Below, piece by piece: positions 49,401 to 61,749 of a stretch of 64,000 nt of DNA. Position 1 is the stretch's first letter, and every line of letters starts with the position of its first letter. The DNA is taken from contig OY740810.1 in NCBI GenBank assembly GCA_963514005.1, forward strand, positions 15,810,001-15,874,000. Reading direction: 5' to 3'. The notes under the pieces are model-generated. The model searched no databases. It was not told the origin of the DNA and saw only the letters and a program-made list of their open reading frames with translations. Made by a program: the position numbers and the translations under genes. This stretch comes from Raja brachyura (lineage: Eukaryota).

Positions 49401-52400
49401 ATGAGAGAGAAACCAAGGGACCATGTGCAAGTGCTTGTAATTCTCTGTAACAGGCCCGCAAACACGCCTATGTCGCTTCTGTTTTGTTGGTGAGTTTATA
49501 AGGGTTTACATTCTCAAATGGGAAGGGGACGGGGGAGTATATCAGCCTTATCCTGACGGTAATTGTCTAATATTGTACCTCTTTGTCTTATTGAACTCTA
49601 CAAACACACGCAGAAAATACAGCGCCTTGTATTTAGTTTATCAGGAGATGGAGTCTCCGGTTTACTCTCTCACATATTTATTATAGGAGGAGAATATCCC
49701 CAATATCCCCAGTAATGTCGATTCTTACATTCGCCGGGTATAATTTAATCTCTGGTGAAATATAGTTTTAAATCCGGCTGCCGTTCTCCACCCACCGCCA
49801 AAGTAAAGCATGCTTCTCGGTGTCTGCTGGAGTAGCGAGCCCCCGGTATCAAGGACCAGACCAGCACTGGGCTAGGCTACGGTCTGCGAGGGGAGGGGTT
49901 GTAATTTAATAATCAATAATGCTTTAAATCTTGGTGGAGAGAGTAGGCCGGCTCGCAAAGTTTTACATCCTTTGAGTTTGTGCTAAAATCTAGGAACAAA
50001 CATCCTTCAATAAGGCCCACCGATCTGCGCCAGCGGGTAAGCTAAAGGTTCCCCGAGAAACGTTATGTTCTGCAGTATCTTCAGCGAGTTACACCAGTCC
50101 TACGTGTGTGAACAAATGTGTGCATATGTATCTCCCCCCTTCTCTCTGCAATTAACGCACACAATATACCGTGTCTGTAAGTGCCCTGTGCACACACACA
50201 CACGACATGTGCACGCAGATACATTTAAGGAAACATAGATGGTAGATGGAGAAAAGCATGGGTGGACTGGTGGATAATTGGATACATGTTACACGGAGAG
50301 CATGATGTGGTACAATTGTGAAAATCCCCGTTCAATAAAGGGAGCTGGGGTAAAGTGTAATCCCGATTAAGAAGCTTGCAGTCGGGGCCAGTCTGCTGTG
50401 GCGATAACACGACGCTGCCGTTCCACGGCTGAAAACACCTTTTCAGGACGAGGCGTGCATCACATTTGCTACCTTTGTTAGATTGCATTAATTCGGCCAA
50501 TTCCGTTTTACATACTCCCGCCAATTACCTTACCTTCTGGTGCAGGGTATAATGGAGATTCGCATTTTAGTAGAGAGATGTTGGGCCGGTGAAAGATTTT
50601 GCCGGTCAGAATGTGACGGTGGCGGTCGGCTTGAATAAATGGAGCACTGTTCAAATGCGGCGTAACTTTAACACAGACCCTCTACACACACCCACAGACT
50701 CCAAATTTCGCTGGATAGCACACGGATTTCAGTTTGAAATGTTACGTTCTCCTTACTCCATTATCTGAATGCTTGCCTTCAAAACGGTGCAGACAGACTT
50801 GATGCCTTTACAAATGTTGTCCAACCCTTTCCTGCCCCCTCCTCCCTCCACCCAGACACAGACACACACTTGATTATAAAAGGACAGGACTGATTCAGAA
50901 TATTTTAATTTCACACGCTACTCCCAGGAGAGTGGGGGCTTTTTTTTTTATCTCTCTCTTCTTAACAAGCAAGTGACCGCAAAAAATCGTTGGCAATGGA
51001 GGAAGTCAAAATCAAGTTCAACAACACAGAGGAAGATATTAACATAATAATGCGTCTGTCAGAATTGAATTTGGCCGGACAACGGGTTCTGGTGTCACGC
51101 TAGCGCAGAGCAAGGGCCTCAGCGGAATTTTCCCATGAACTGGTGATTATTAAGACAACTGGGGTTTGTCAACGACACAAGTTGTTTGGGCCTTTGCTAG
51201 TTTCTGTGCCGCTTGAGCAGAAATTCCGCGCTTTGACAAAAAAAATGTTGATATATTTGCCCATGCAGAAATAACTCCATTTTCTACCCCCCCCCCCCCC
51301 CCCCGAGCATTTACCGGCAAATAACCAGACCCGTGATAAACTTTCGCTGCTAGGATATTGCTGATCTTTTTCGCTCAATTCCTAAATGCCTGAGTCTGAT
51401 TGCAGTTTCCCAAATGAAGTAATCAGCTCAGAACAGTTCAGGTCAATACCACTTTCTCCACCCCCCCCCCCCCCCCAATAATTTTCCTTTAAATTTGAGA
51501 CTTAATGAAGAAAAAGCTCGTGTTACTCACATGATTTTGACGAATGTAATCTTACGGCCACGAGTTCTCGTTCCTCGCAGGTCATTTCAATGAAGACGGG
51601 GCATCCTTGATTGAGTCGGCGCGTTCCTCCCGCGACAGGTGATCTGGTTTGTCTTGTTTTAGGTCTCTTTTTCCGCGGCCGAGTCCGACAGATGCCCAAA
51701 GTGGGGGCAGAAAGTAAACAAGAGATGCAACTCCGCCGCTCGCCCACGACACCCACCCCTCCTCGGCTCCATCACATTTTCTCACACAACTTGTCCCGGG
51801 TCTCTGGGAGTCCGCGCTGGAATCCAAACCGCTGTGGACGTGTCCAGAAATACAAGCAGCCAAACTGGCAATTCATTGTCCGGGTGAAGTGATGCCCATT
51901 GTCCGCTCTCTGCGGGATCAGATTTCCTCTCCCCCTTCACGCCTTATACTGCACACTCATTTGGGTGGAAATGAAATATGCGCCAACATGTCCTCGCGGA
52001 TCTGGATGGGAAGACGTGGCGCGATAGATGTTCTCTTCCGAGACTTCAACTGGCAGAAGCATTTACCATGAGAGCGCGCTCCTGTCTGCATAATCTGCTT
52101 TGTATATTAATCCCAACAGTTGGCAGCGCGTTAATGAAGCAGAGATCGGATGGCACGTCCTGGACATGTGGAGGCGCCACCCCCCGCCTCTGGTCCTCTC
52201 TTATTCACACACTCTCTCTCTCTCTCTCTCGGCCACCGTCCGAGCTACCTTTGCAATTCCTCATCACCTGGTACTACCTTCAGATAAATGCATTTGGTCT
52301 TTAAAACAGCGCGCACACACACAGCCGCTCACAGGCGGGATCCAGCTACAATTCACTGTATCGTTGAAACGATGCAGCCGGGCTGGCTGTTCCCTGGCGA

Positions 52401-54829
52401 GCCTGTACAACATGTCTTTCTCACTGCCTGCCCCCCCCCCCCCCCCCCCTCCCCAACCCCCGTCTCCTCCTAACCTCCTTCTCTCGTGCTGGGGCATGGG
52501 TGAGGGGAACCTGCACAATCTGCCGCCGAGATCACACTGAGTGAGATAGGCTTGCTCCAACAAGGCAGAGAGAGAGCATTGGAAGCGGAGCTTTGGGTCA
52601 CGTTGCCCGACGTGAGGTTAAAGACAGACGTATCTCTGATTGTCTCTGTACCTTGCTGTTGGCTACCAGCGTATTCCCCCCAAACCCCGCGGGCGGTGCT
52701 ACAAGCCCAGAGTGCAAGCAACACAAGAGGTTTTTTTTAAGCACGATATTTTAATGCAAATTATGATATCAGCCATGGTAGGAGAAATCTTCCCAAAAAT
52801 TCGCCGCGTTTGTGATTACGCGTTTGCGTCAGTGTGCGTGGAAGTTCAAACGTATTTTACCGCCCCGTTACACGGCGAACGTTTATGTATTTTAGGATAT
52901 TTTTTGCGTGCCCTGCACGTTGAAGGAATGTCTAATGGAGGAATATCTGTGATCTTTACCGCAAGGATGGGAGAATGTTTCAATCAGCAAACCCCAGAAA
53001 TGTAACCCGTTTCACACCCTCAGCGCACGTTAATGCTAAATTATAATATCACACATGGGATTTCAATAGAGGTATTTGGGAGAAATGTCCCGATCCACGG
53101 ACTCGCCGTTCCACTCCTGCCCCCCTACCCCACCATCCATTTAATCCATTTCAATACAAGCCGATTTCTTGATAATACTTAAGATTGGGAACTTATTATC
53201 AACACAAGATTGGAGAGTGAAATTTTGACCCAAGCCTGCATAAAACACAGAACTATATTCTTCATAGGCGCTAATGCGACAATGCGGGTCTGTAAACGGC
53301 GAACACTTCCTTAACTTGAGTTGCAGGCTGTCCTTGTGGCGACCTGGAGCCCCGGGCAGTTGGGTCAGGGCAATGATGAACCTAATGGCACTTTACCTGT
53401 GGACTTCCCCCTGCAAGGGCGAGAAGCGGGGCATTGTAGAAGCCTCATTTTACTTGTGCCTCGTAACCATTTTCCCGAGAGGGAAATGTTGCGATCAAAA
53501 TTAAGAATTTCCGAAAGAGAATTGTTTTGTTTTTCAGTCGATTAAAACAACCTTGTCCTTTTAGTTCTGGGCTCCTGGACCAGCGCTTGTTCGGTGCCGA
53601 TTTAAACGGGGATGGAGGAGGAAGCGGGTCGAACAACGTACCCACGGAGAGCATCAAAATATCGAAAAATGAAGTGACCTTGAAATGGTGCAGGTTTGAC
53701 GAACCTACTGCCGAGGGGAGGTTGGTAAAACAGTCGCTCCCCTGAAAGTCAAGTTCAAAATAACATTTCAGATACGTAGCAAATCCTCGTCCCTGTGTTT
53801 TTTTTTCAAACTGAAATCAAACTCGCAATTTTATAGAATGATATGTTTAAAGAAAAATAATTGAGATGCGATTGTAACGAGAATGTGTAAACTGGCCTAA
53901 AAATATTTAAAATAACTCAGCACCTCTCGGAATAAAACAAAAGCAATGGGTGACCGATTAATTAAATTTTATTTTAGTGGTTGTAAACCACGGATATATC
54001 GGTGTCTTGCAGCAAGGCACTTAATTTACACTTAACACTGAACATTAACACAACAGAACACTTGTGTTTATCTTCTAAAAAAACACAATTACATTGGGAT
54101 AGAGAATGGGATGGGAAATATTGTACACATATAATAAATTCTTGCCTGCGCCACCGAATGTGTATCAGCGTGCCACAACATCAAACATACCGGCGAATTT
54201 GACATATTTACTTCAGAGCGGCCACTTTTCAATAGAGCCCGACATAGGGTACAAAGAAACACTTGTGCTTCTCTAAGGTAGGCCTAGGTTAGGGTTACAT
54301 GTGCAGGGAATTTATCCCTGTTGCGTGCCCCTATTTTTGTGAGCCCAGTTCTATTGGTCACTAAAATAAGGAGAAACGAGGGTCTTGAGTGCAGGAAAGA
54401 GCTAATGCGGTAACGTTAAGCGCTGATGGGCCTGTGTGTACGCGCCTTTAAACAGGCCCTGATCCAGACTTCAAACCCGATCACATATATTGCACAGATT
54501 TTAAGTCTGTCGGGGTCACCCGGCTACCGGCAGTTACCTCACGATGCTGCAAGCATTTAAATATATTTCTATACTTTTCAAACTTCTCTCATGATGGCTT
54601 GGTGAGTTGGAATATATTTCTAAACGGAAATATACAAAGTTAAATTCGAAGACATCCGATTGTATGTGAACTTGCTCCCAATTCCGCTCAAATTCTTCTA
54701 AAATAAAATGGAAATGTCCCCTCGAGAGAAGTGATCGTTTAGTGCTAGGATATGGGACTATTTTACCTCTGAACCTGCTGAGCGCTGCAATTATATTAAA
54801 CCTGTAGAACAGACATATGTGTGTATTGC

Positions 54830-55040
54830 AGATAGATACAAAAAGCTGGAGTAACTCAGCGGGCCAAGCAGCATCCCTGGAGAGGAATGGGTGACGTTTC
54901 GGGTTGAGCCCCTTCTTCAGACTCAACCCGAAACGTCACCCATTCCTCCTCTCCAGAGATGCTGCCTGTCCCGCTGAGTTACTCCAGGTTTTTGAGTCTA
55001 TCTTCGGTTTGAATCAGCATCTGCAGTTCCTTCTTACACA
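54830..55040. mobile_element. Near-perfect Penelope-derived fold-back element with a hammerhead-like core on the minus strand (54893-54920)
   Basis: CTGGAGTAACTCAGCGGG...GGAATGGGTGACGTTTCGGGTTGAG is mirrored by CTCAACCCGAAACGTCACCCATTCC...CCCGCTGAGTTACTCCAG. Confidence 0.8.
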
Positions 55041-56142
55041 ATATGTGTGGATTGGTTTCATTTAAATAAAATTGACGATTGAATGCTGTCTGTAAGTCTC
55101 AGTCTCGGGTTGCAGAAACACAGAGTTGTTTTGTACGTTCTCTGAACTTTGCATTTTGTTATTTCTCTTTGACTGGGTGTTGAAAAATCGGTGCCGGAGG
55201 AATGGTGTTCAGGTGGGCCTCTGCCCGCGCGTCCCGTGCCTTCAGTTAATCCCAGTCCGCAGAAGGATCCCGATCAGAAACCCGTCAGCTATCCATGTTC
55301 TCGGTACTACAGTACTTTGTGTATTTTTGTGAATTCCAGTGTCCAGGTGAGGTGCTGCCTACACGCCCCGTGCCTTCGGCTAGCCCCCAGTGTCCAGACC
55401 ATTCCACTGGCCGTCCGGAAGTGCAGCGCGCTCTCAGCCCCTCCCCCCAACTTGGCCCCATTTCTTGTTCACCGCCCTGGTGTTAAATGGTTGTAAAGCA
55501 GGAGGTCAAATCAATTGGTGCGAGGGTCCTCGAGGGGGTGGACTGGCGGTGCTCAGTCCCGGGGCGGCAGCCGCGGTCATTAGACACTACTTGACATCCC
55601 TGCAACTTGAAAGCCAAGCTTCCCCGCGTCAGGCCCGGCCAGGTGAAGTCACATTGTGATCTCACCTGCGGGGAGACGGTGCCGGGAGCAGGTCCTCCCA
55701 GTAACCAGTCACATTGTGGTTCTGTTTGTGCTTTAGAAAATGTACGGTATGTCCCCTTAAACACCGGTGCACGAACAATAGCACCTTTATATATATTACA
55801 GTAGCACATTTATACCGTAACAGCAGCATATTTATTTATTTGCAAATACTCCAATAACCCTCCCCTGAAATGCTACAACAGTTACAATGTTAATTATCGG
55901 GCACGGAAAAGTTGGAGAGTCTATGTAACGGGTGTGGGTGTTCCGCTTGAGAGTGGCGCGGGGCAGGTGGAAGGCGCAGGGCCGAAGGAAGCTCAGGTGT
56001 GAAGTTTTGATCATGTCTGGGTCTGAGACTCACACACAATTTCTACTTGTAAAAACCCAACGGTATGAACATTGGATTCTCCAATTTTAGGTTACCAGAC
56101 TACAATCAATCATTTTTTTTAAGTGTAGTCTTTTTTTTTTGT

Positions 56143-56585
56143 AGTCTAAAGAAGGGTTCCTACACAAAACGTCACCCATCCTTTTTCTCCAGAGATGCTG
56201 CCAGCCCCACTTAGTAACTTTGTGTCCATCTTCGGTATAAACCAGCGTCTGCAGTATCTTTCCCCGCACCGTTTTTAACCCCCCCCCCCTTTATAATTCC
56301 TTCCTCTGGTTTAATATTTCTAATTTCTTCAATCCTTATCTCACACCTTTTGTCCTTTCATCTGTGGTCGTTGTCCAACTATCTGCCCATCAACCCCTTC
56401 CCCTCACCTGTATCACGCGCCAGGCTTTCTCCTAACCCCCCCCCCCCCCACAACCCACCACCACAATGAATCTGAAGAAGATTCCCGGCCCTAAACATCT
56501 CCAGAGATGCTGGCTGACCCGCTGAGTTATTTTAGCATTTTGTGCCTTTTTTTTGAAAACCAAAGTCTGGAGCTCCTTGTCACGA
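56143..56585 (+). mobile_element. Two tandem Penelope-derived 3' units
   Basis: AGTCTAAAGAAGGG...AAACGTCACCC...AGAGATGCTGCC, then CTGAAGAAGATTCCCGGCCCTAAAC...AGAGATGCTGGCTGACCCGCTGAGTTA; partial tandem arrangement typical of PLEs. Confidence 0.65.
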
Positions 56586-56862
56586 CACATTCTAATTGCA
56601 CGAATGACATTTGAAATTTTACTGAAGAAATTTGTTTTAAGAAAAACGTCGCAATTTTCAAACTAACTCATCCAGAATAGGGCGGGTTGTCATATAATCG
56701 GAAAAAAAGGTTAATCTGGGCAGAGACTCGCTGAACACCCGCGGTTCCGCTGTTCTCAACGCATGATTTTTGTGCGAATTTAACGATTTTCATTCTCATT
56801 CCATTATTGATAAAACGCACTGTTATTTTAATTTTTAAAAAAGACAGGTGTTTCTTTTCATA

Positions 56863-56932
56863 AGACTGAAGAAGGGTCCCGACCCGAAACGTCACCCTTC
56901 ATTTTTTCTCCGGAGACGTTGCCCGACCGCTG
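56863..56932 (+). mobile_element. Short Penelope-derived fragment with intact hammerhead-like core (56866-56893)
   Basis: CTGAAGA-A-GGGTCCCGACCC-GAAAC-GTC. Confidence 0.65.
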
Positions 56933-59069
56933 TATTTGGTGAATTTATGAAAATAATAGACACAAAGTGCGAGAAATTCACCAAATACAAGACGTTCGAA
57001 AATTCTGTGTTGAGGGGCAATTCTGCTCAATTTCTATCATTCTATCATTAAATTATTTTTAGATTTTTTTCAAGTAATTGTTAAAAAACATCATGCTTTT
57101 ATAAATCGACGTATAAATTCTACAACGAATAATAGTTCATATTAACATGCAATAGAATTCGCTCCTCTTTGGAAACCCATCACCGAATCACGGCGAGACC
57201 CAACTTTAACTCGAGACACTAACGAAATGTCATACTGTGATTATATTTTGTTTTGTTTTCGTCAGATTAACACAAAAGATTTTGGGATTAAAATATGAAC
57301 ATTCGTTTTGTAGAAAAAAAAATGTACGAGGTTCGAGTTTAATAGAATTATTTAATCTTGTTATAAACTTCGGCCTCTATGGACAAGTTCTGATCTTTGG
57401 AAATGGGAATAAATTCAGCGCTTTGTATTACCCCAGGAGAAGGCAGAATTGAGAGCGGCGACAGAGTAAGACACGGGAACGTTGAGCAGAGGGTCCAGCG
57501 CTTCCAAAGAATGAGAATGTTGCTACAACAATCCGCAGGGTTCGCTTCCAGAGAGCGTCCGAGTGCGGGCACATGACCCTTGTCGCATTTTGGAGACAGA
57601 AAACTAATTGTAAGTGGGTTGGAGAGGGATGAAGGATTTAGTGTAATTGGTGCACATGCGGCCAACCTAACGACACCACAGCCCCGCTGCATCGCATCGA
57701 TTCAGGGAGTTTGGAGTGTTTAGAAATTGAAATATGTGAAGTCCAGAATCGCAGCAATCCCGCGTAAACGAGTAAAAGACGTGGCAGTTTTAAATTGTGT
57801 TTTATAACGTGTTTCACCACAGATGAAGCAGAATGAACTATGACAATATGTTCAACATTTGCATGGAAATGTTTAGTGTTTGTGTTACGAATAACACATT
57901 TTTTCGCTATCTTTGAATTTTTTAATTCTACATAAAATGTATATTCAGCGATGAAGATGATTTAAAGTGTTATTTCATTTAGATTTCTAGACCGCGAGGA
58001 TTAATAATAGAAAAAAAAAGTTTTGTCTAACTATATTTAAATCTTGACATTTTATAATTCGTGAAATTGATTTTTTGGAACAAGGATTCCAGGAAGAAGG
58101 CGGATAGAAGTGCCCCGGGGATCAGCGGGCGGGAGTCGTGGGCCGCGGGTTTAGTAGCAAACTCGGAGCGGAGAGCGATTAATCTCGCTCAACTACAACA
58201 CCCGCCAGTATATTCCAGTATATTTCTGTTCCAATCCTATTCTTTTCACCGGGAAAATTGACTTCTGTGTTTAAAAAAAAATCAGTAACTTTCTTCGAAA
58301 TATCCCAGTAAAAAGCGATTTAAATGCCGCTCCCTGCGAACCCAAATGGACCCGCATAACAAAAAAAATAGCGATGCAATTTAACAAAGGGTTATAGATT
58401 TCAGCTGTTGATCCATTAATAATTTTGCCATCTGATTTCGCCCCACCTCCCCCCACCAATGGTGTTCTTTATAATTATTAGAGACAGGCTACTCAAACTA
58501 AAAGCGTGCAACTAAAGCCGGGGAGATCTGACATTCCCGGTTCGCAGTAGTTCATTTCTCCTCCACAGTGAAGAGTTACATTGAATTATTTTAACATAAA
58601 CGCCAAACCGACTTCCAGGCCTGAAATCGACAGTTTTTCCGAAATAATGATTTTCTTTGTTTTAGGGGGGAAATAAACATGGGTTATGGGGTAATGTAGA
58701 AACCAGGAAGCGCAGATGCCGGTTTGTATCTTGTAAAGTCCCTTAACACGGGGTTTTCCAGTGAGCGAGGCCCCAGAGTTAACATTGCTACATTTCTGCC
58801 AATAATTTCTGAACTTGACGTTAACGTACACTGACACCTGTCGGTTGGAGCTCAGGTCAACCGATATCTTCACGAGGTCCCCAATTCACCACGGTTGCAT
58901 CTTGCAAGCATACCTAAGCACCTTTGTACTTAAATATGATTGTACCTATGTATTGTAAGATGTTTACTGATCTCTATGCATAAAAGGAATGTCACTGTAT
59001 TTAGGTACAGTGACTGTAAAGTACCATTGAACCAATGCGGCCTGACTTGACACTCAAATGCCTAGGAAT

Positions 59070-59515
59070 TAAGGAGATTGCAGGGAGTGGTATATACGGC
59101 CTAGTCCATTACAAATACTGACCTGCCCACTATCGAAAGGATTTGCATGGGGGGACGCGCCACATCAAAAAGGCCACATCATCAAACCCATACCACCTTG
59201 GCCACACGTTCATCTCACTCCTACCATCAGGAAGAAGGTATAGACCACCAGGTTCAAGAACAGCTTCTTCTTAACAAACATCAGGGTCCTGAAAACGACA
59301 TAATACTAACCTCAATTATGAACTTCAATGGACTTTGGTTGTACTAAGGACTTTGGGCTTCTGTTGCATTTTTTGCATTAGTATTGTTGTTGTTAATTTT
59401 GTTTCTTACGTATTATCAATGTATATTGTTTGTATGGGCCTGTTATACCGCTGCAAGTAAGAATTTCAATGTTCCATTGTCAGTGCATATGACAATTAAA
59501 CATTCTTGACTCTTG
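59070..59515 (+). mobile_element. Rex1/Babar-like LINE 3' fragment
   Basis: CTGACCTGCCCACTATCGAAAGGAT...CCATCAGGAAGAAGGTATAG...AGGTTCAAGAACAGCTTCTTC; tail ACAATTAAACATTCTTGACTCTTGA. Confidence 0.65.
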
Positions 59516-59859
59516 AAGTGCTGAGTTCCTCCAGCATTTTGAATTTGCTCCGATAGATGAGGGTTTTTTTAGGGTGGGGGTAGTAATCCAGGTGCCTGAG
59601 GCATGGGAATGGTTTCTGGGGAAGGTGGGACTAGTACAAAGTAGATGGTTCCAATAAGGCCAGACAGAGACCAAAGTCCTCAGGGAGTTTGGCTTGTGTT
59701 GTGCAGGAGGGTTTGAATTAAAATGGTACAGGTGAAATGAACTTAAGCCAGGGAGTGAGAGGAGGACTGAAGGGAGGAAAAACTGTAAAGGAATGATTAA
59801 AAGTAGAAAGGAGATAAAATAATCATGAGAAGCAAAGGGACAACAGTGCAATAAAAGAC

Positions 59860-61450
59860 TAAGAGGGCTAACAGTGTTCCAAAGGCAAGTCCTAAAGGTT
59901 TATCCCTTAATACACAGACTGCTCATAGCAAGGGTAGATAAACTAATAGTACACATAATTATACATGGTTATAATATTGCTACTGTTATGAGGACATGGT
60001 ACCATGGATGGGGTAAAACAACCGGTGGGAATTTAATATGCAGGAAGGACAGACAAAAAGTTGGGTTGTTAGTAAAAGAGGAAATCAATGTGATGTTGAG
60101 GAAGGGCATTGGCTCAATGAAGCACAATAAGTAATCTGTACAGTTTAGTTTATTGACGTGTACCTAGGTACCGTGAAAAGCTTTTGTTGCTTATTAACCG
60201 GACAGCGGAAAGAAACTACATGATTACATTGGAGCCATCCACGGTGTTCTCAGATACATGATAATGGGAATAATGGTTAGTGCAAGATAAAGTCCAGTAA
60301 ATTAGAAATAGTCCAAGGGTCTCGAATGAGGTCCAATGAATGGTGGAGCGAAGAAACATCAAAGAGAATATGATGTTTGGGAAGTGTCTATAGACCATAG
60401 ATTGTAGTAGTTAGAGATGTAGCAGATGGAATAAATTGGAGTATATACATCGAGGCTGAGCATTGAGCATTGGGAACGGAATAATTAACAATCTTGTGTG
60501 GAATTTTTTAAGAAAGAGTGATCGTAACATGATAACATTCTTCCTTGTGATGTAAAGTGAGGTACCAGAATGAGAAACCTGGGTCTTGAATCTCAACCAA
60601 GGATGCTGCAAGGCTTGGATTGGCTGTGGTAGTTTGGGGAACATTACTAAATAGGTTGGGGGTGGGGAGGGGGGGGGGATAGGGAATGGGACACATTTAA
60701 AGAATGTATATGTGAACTATGGCAATTATTAATTTCTGACCAAAATAAATCAGATTAGAGGGGTCAATCAATGCTTACAAAGGAAACCGACAGTAGTATT
60801 TGAATCAAAGAGAAGAAGTTGTCAGAAAATGTCCAGACAAAGCAGCAGGCCTGAGGATTGGGAGCAGCAGCTGTTTAGAATTCACCAAAGGGGTTCAAAA
60901 ATCGATGAAAGGGCAAAGATGGAGTATGAGAGTAAATTGAAAAGATAACTGACTGTAAAAATCTTGAGACAAAGTGAAGAAGGTTTGTAGAAACAAATGT
61001 AGGTCAGCTACAGTCAAAAACGGGAGAAAATGTCATTGGAACAGACATGCCGCAACAAATAAACACGTTTCTTCTTTCAGAAAGCAGGATGTAAGTAAAG
61101 TTTCAGAAATGTTGGGGAACCAAGGCTGCAGAGAAGAAGGATCTGAAGGAAATCCGTGTCAGGAAAGAAATGGTGCTGAGGAATTAATGGGGCTAAAAGC
61201 TGATAAATGCCGGGGTCTGGTAATAAACATCCCAGAGTACTGCAGGGAGTTTTTTTTGGAGGATGTAACTGGCACAATAGATAAGGGCGAACCAGTGGAA
61301 GTGGTGTATTTGGACCTTCATAAAGGTTTTGACAAGGCCCATTGGGAGAGGATAGTGTGCAAAACTACAGTTCAGGTGACTGGGGATAATCAACTTCTGC
61401 TGAGAATTGGTGCACAGACAGGAAACAAAGCATCAGAATAAAGTAAGTAG
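59860..61450 (+). mobile_element. Heavily decayed CR1-like LINE (endonuclease to RT region)
   Basis: ORF track gives GLKADKC...FLEDVTGTIDKGEPVEVVYLDLHKGFDK, matching the CR1 RT motif VDVVYLDFxKAFDKV. Confidence 0.7.
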
Positions 61451-61749
61451 GACTGAGTGCGTGCCCCAGTGACCAGTGCAGGGGCTCAATTAAGACACAT
61501 GTGCAGATGCAGGGATCCTGAGCAAAAAAACCCAAAGTGCTGGAGTTACCCATTGTGTCAGGCAGCATCTGTGGATGGAATGGACCAATGCGTCTGCCCA
61601 TTTCCCTGCACAGATGCTGACTGATTCGCTGGGTCTATATTCTGGACTTTATTTTTCGTCTTTGCGCTACCTAGTGTAAGTTTTTGTTTTGATTGTACTC
61701 ATCTAAAATGTGATTTGACTGACTGGCACATAAACAAAATATCCCCACT

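Noticed and set aside
29000-59000. Hidden protein-coding gene (e.g. MEF2, TMEM161 or RH-family exons) in the CpG domain
   Set aside because: No ORF-track translation resembles these or other known proteins; exons under 60 codons could have been missed.
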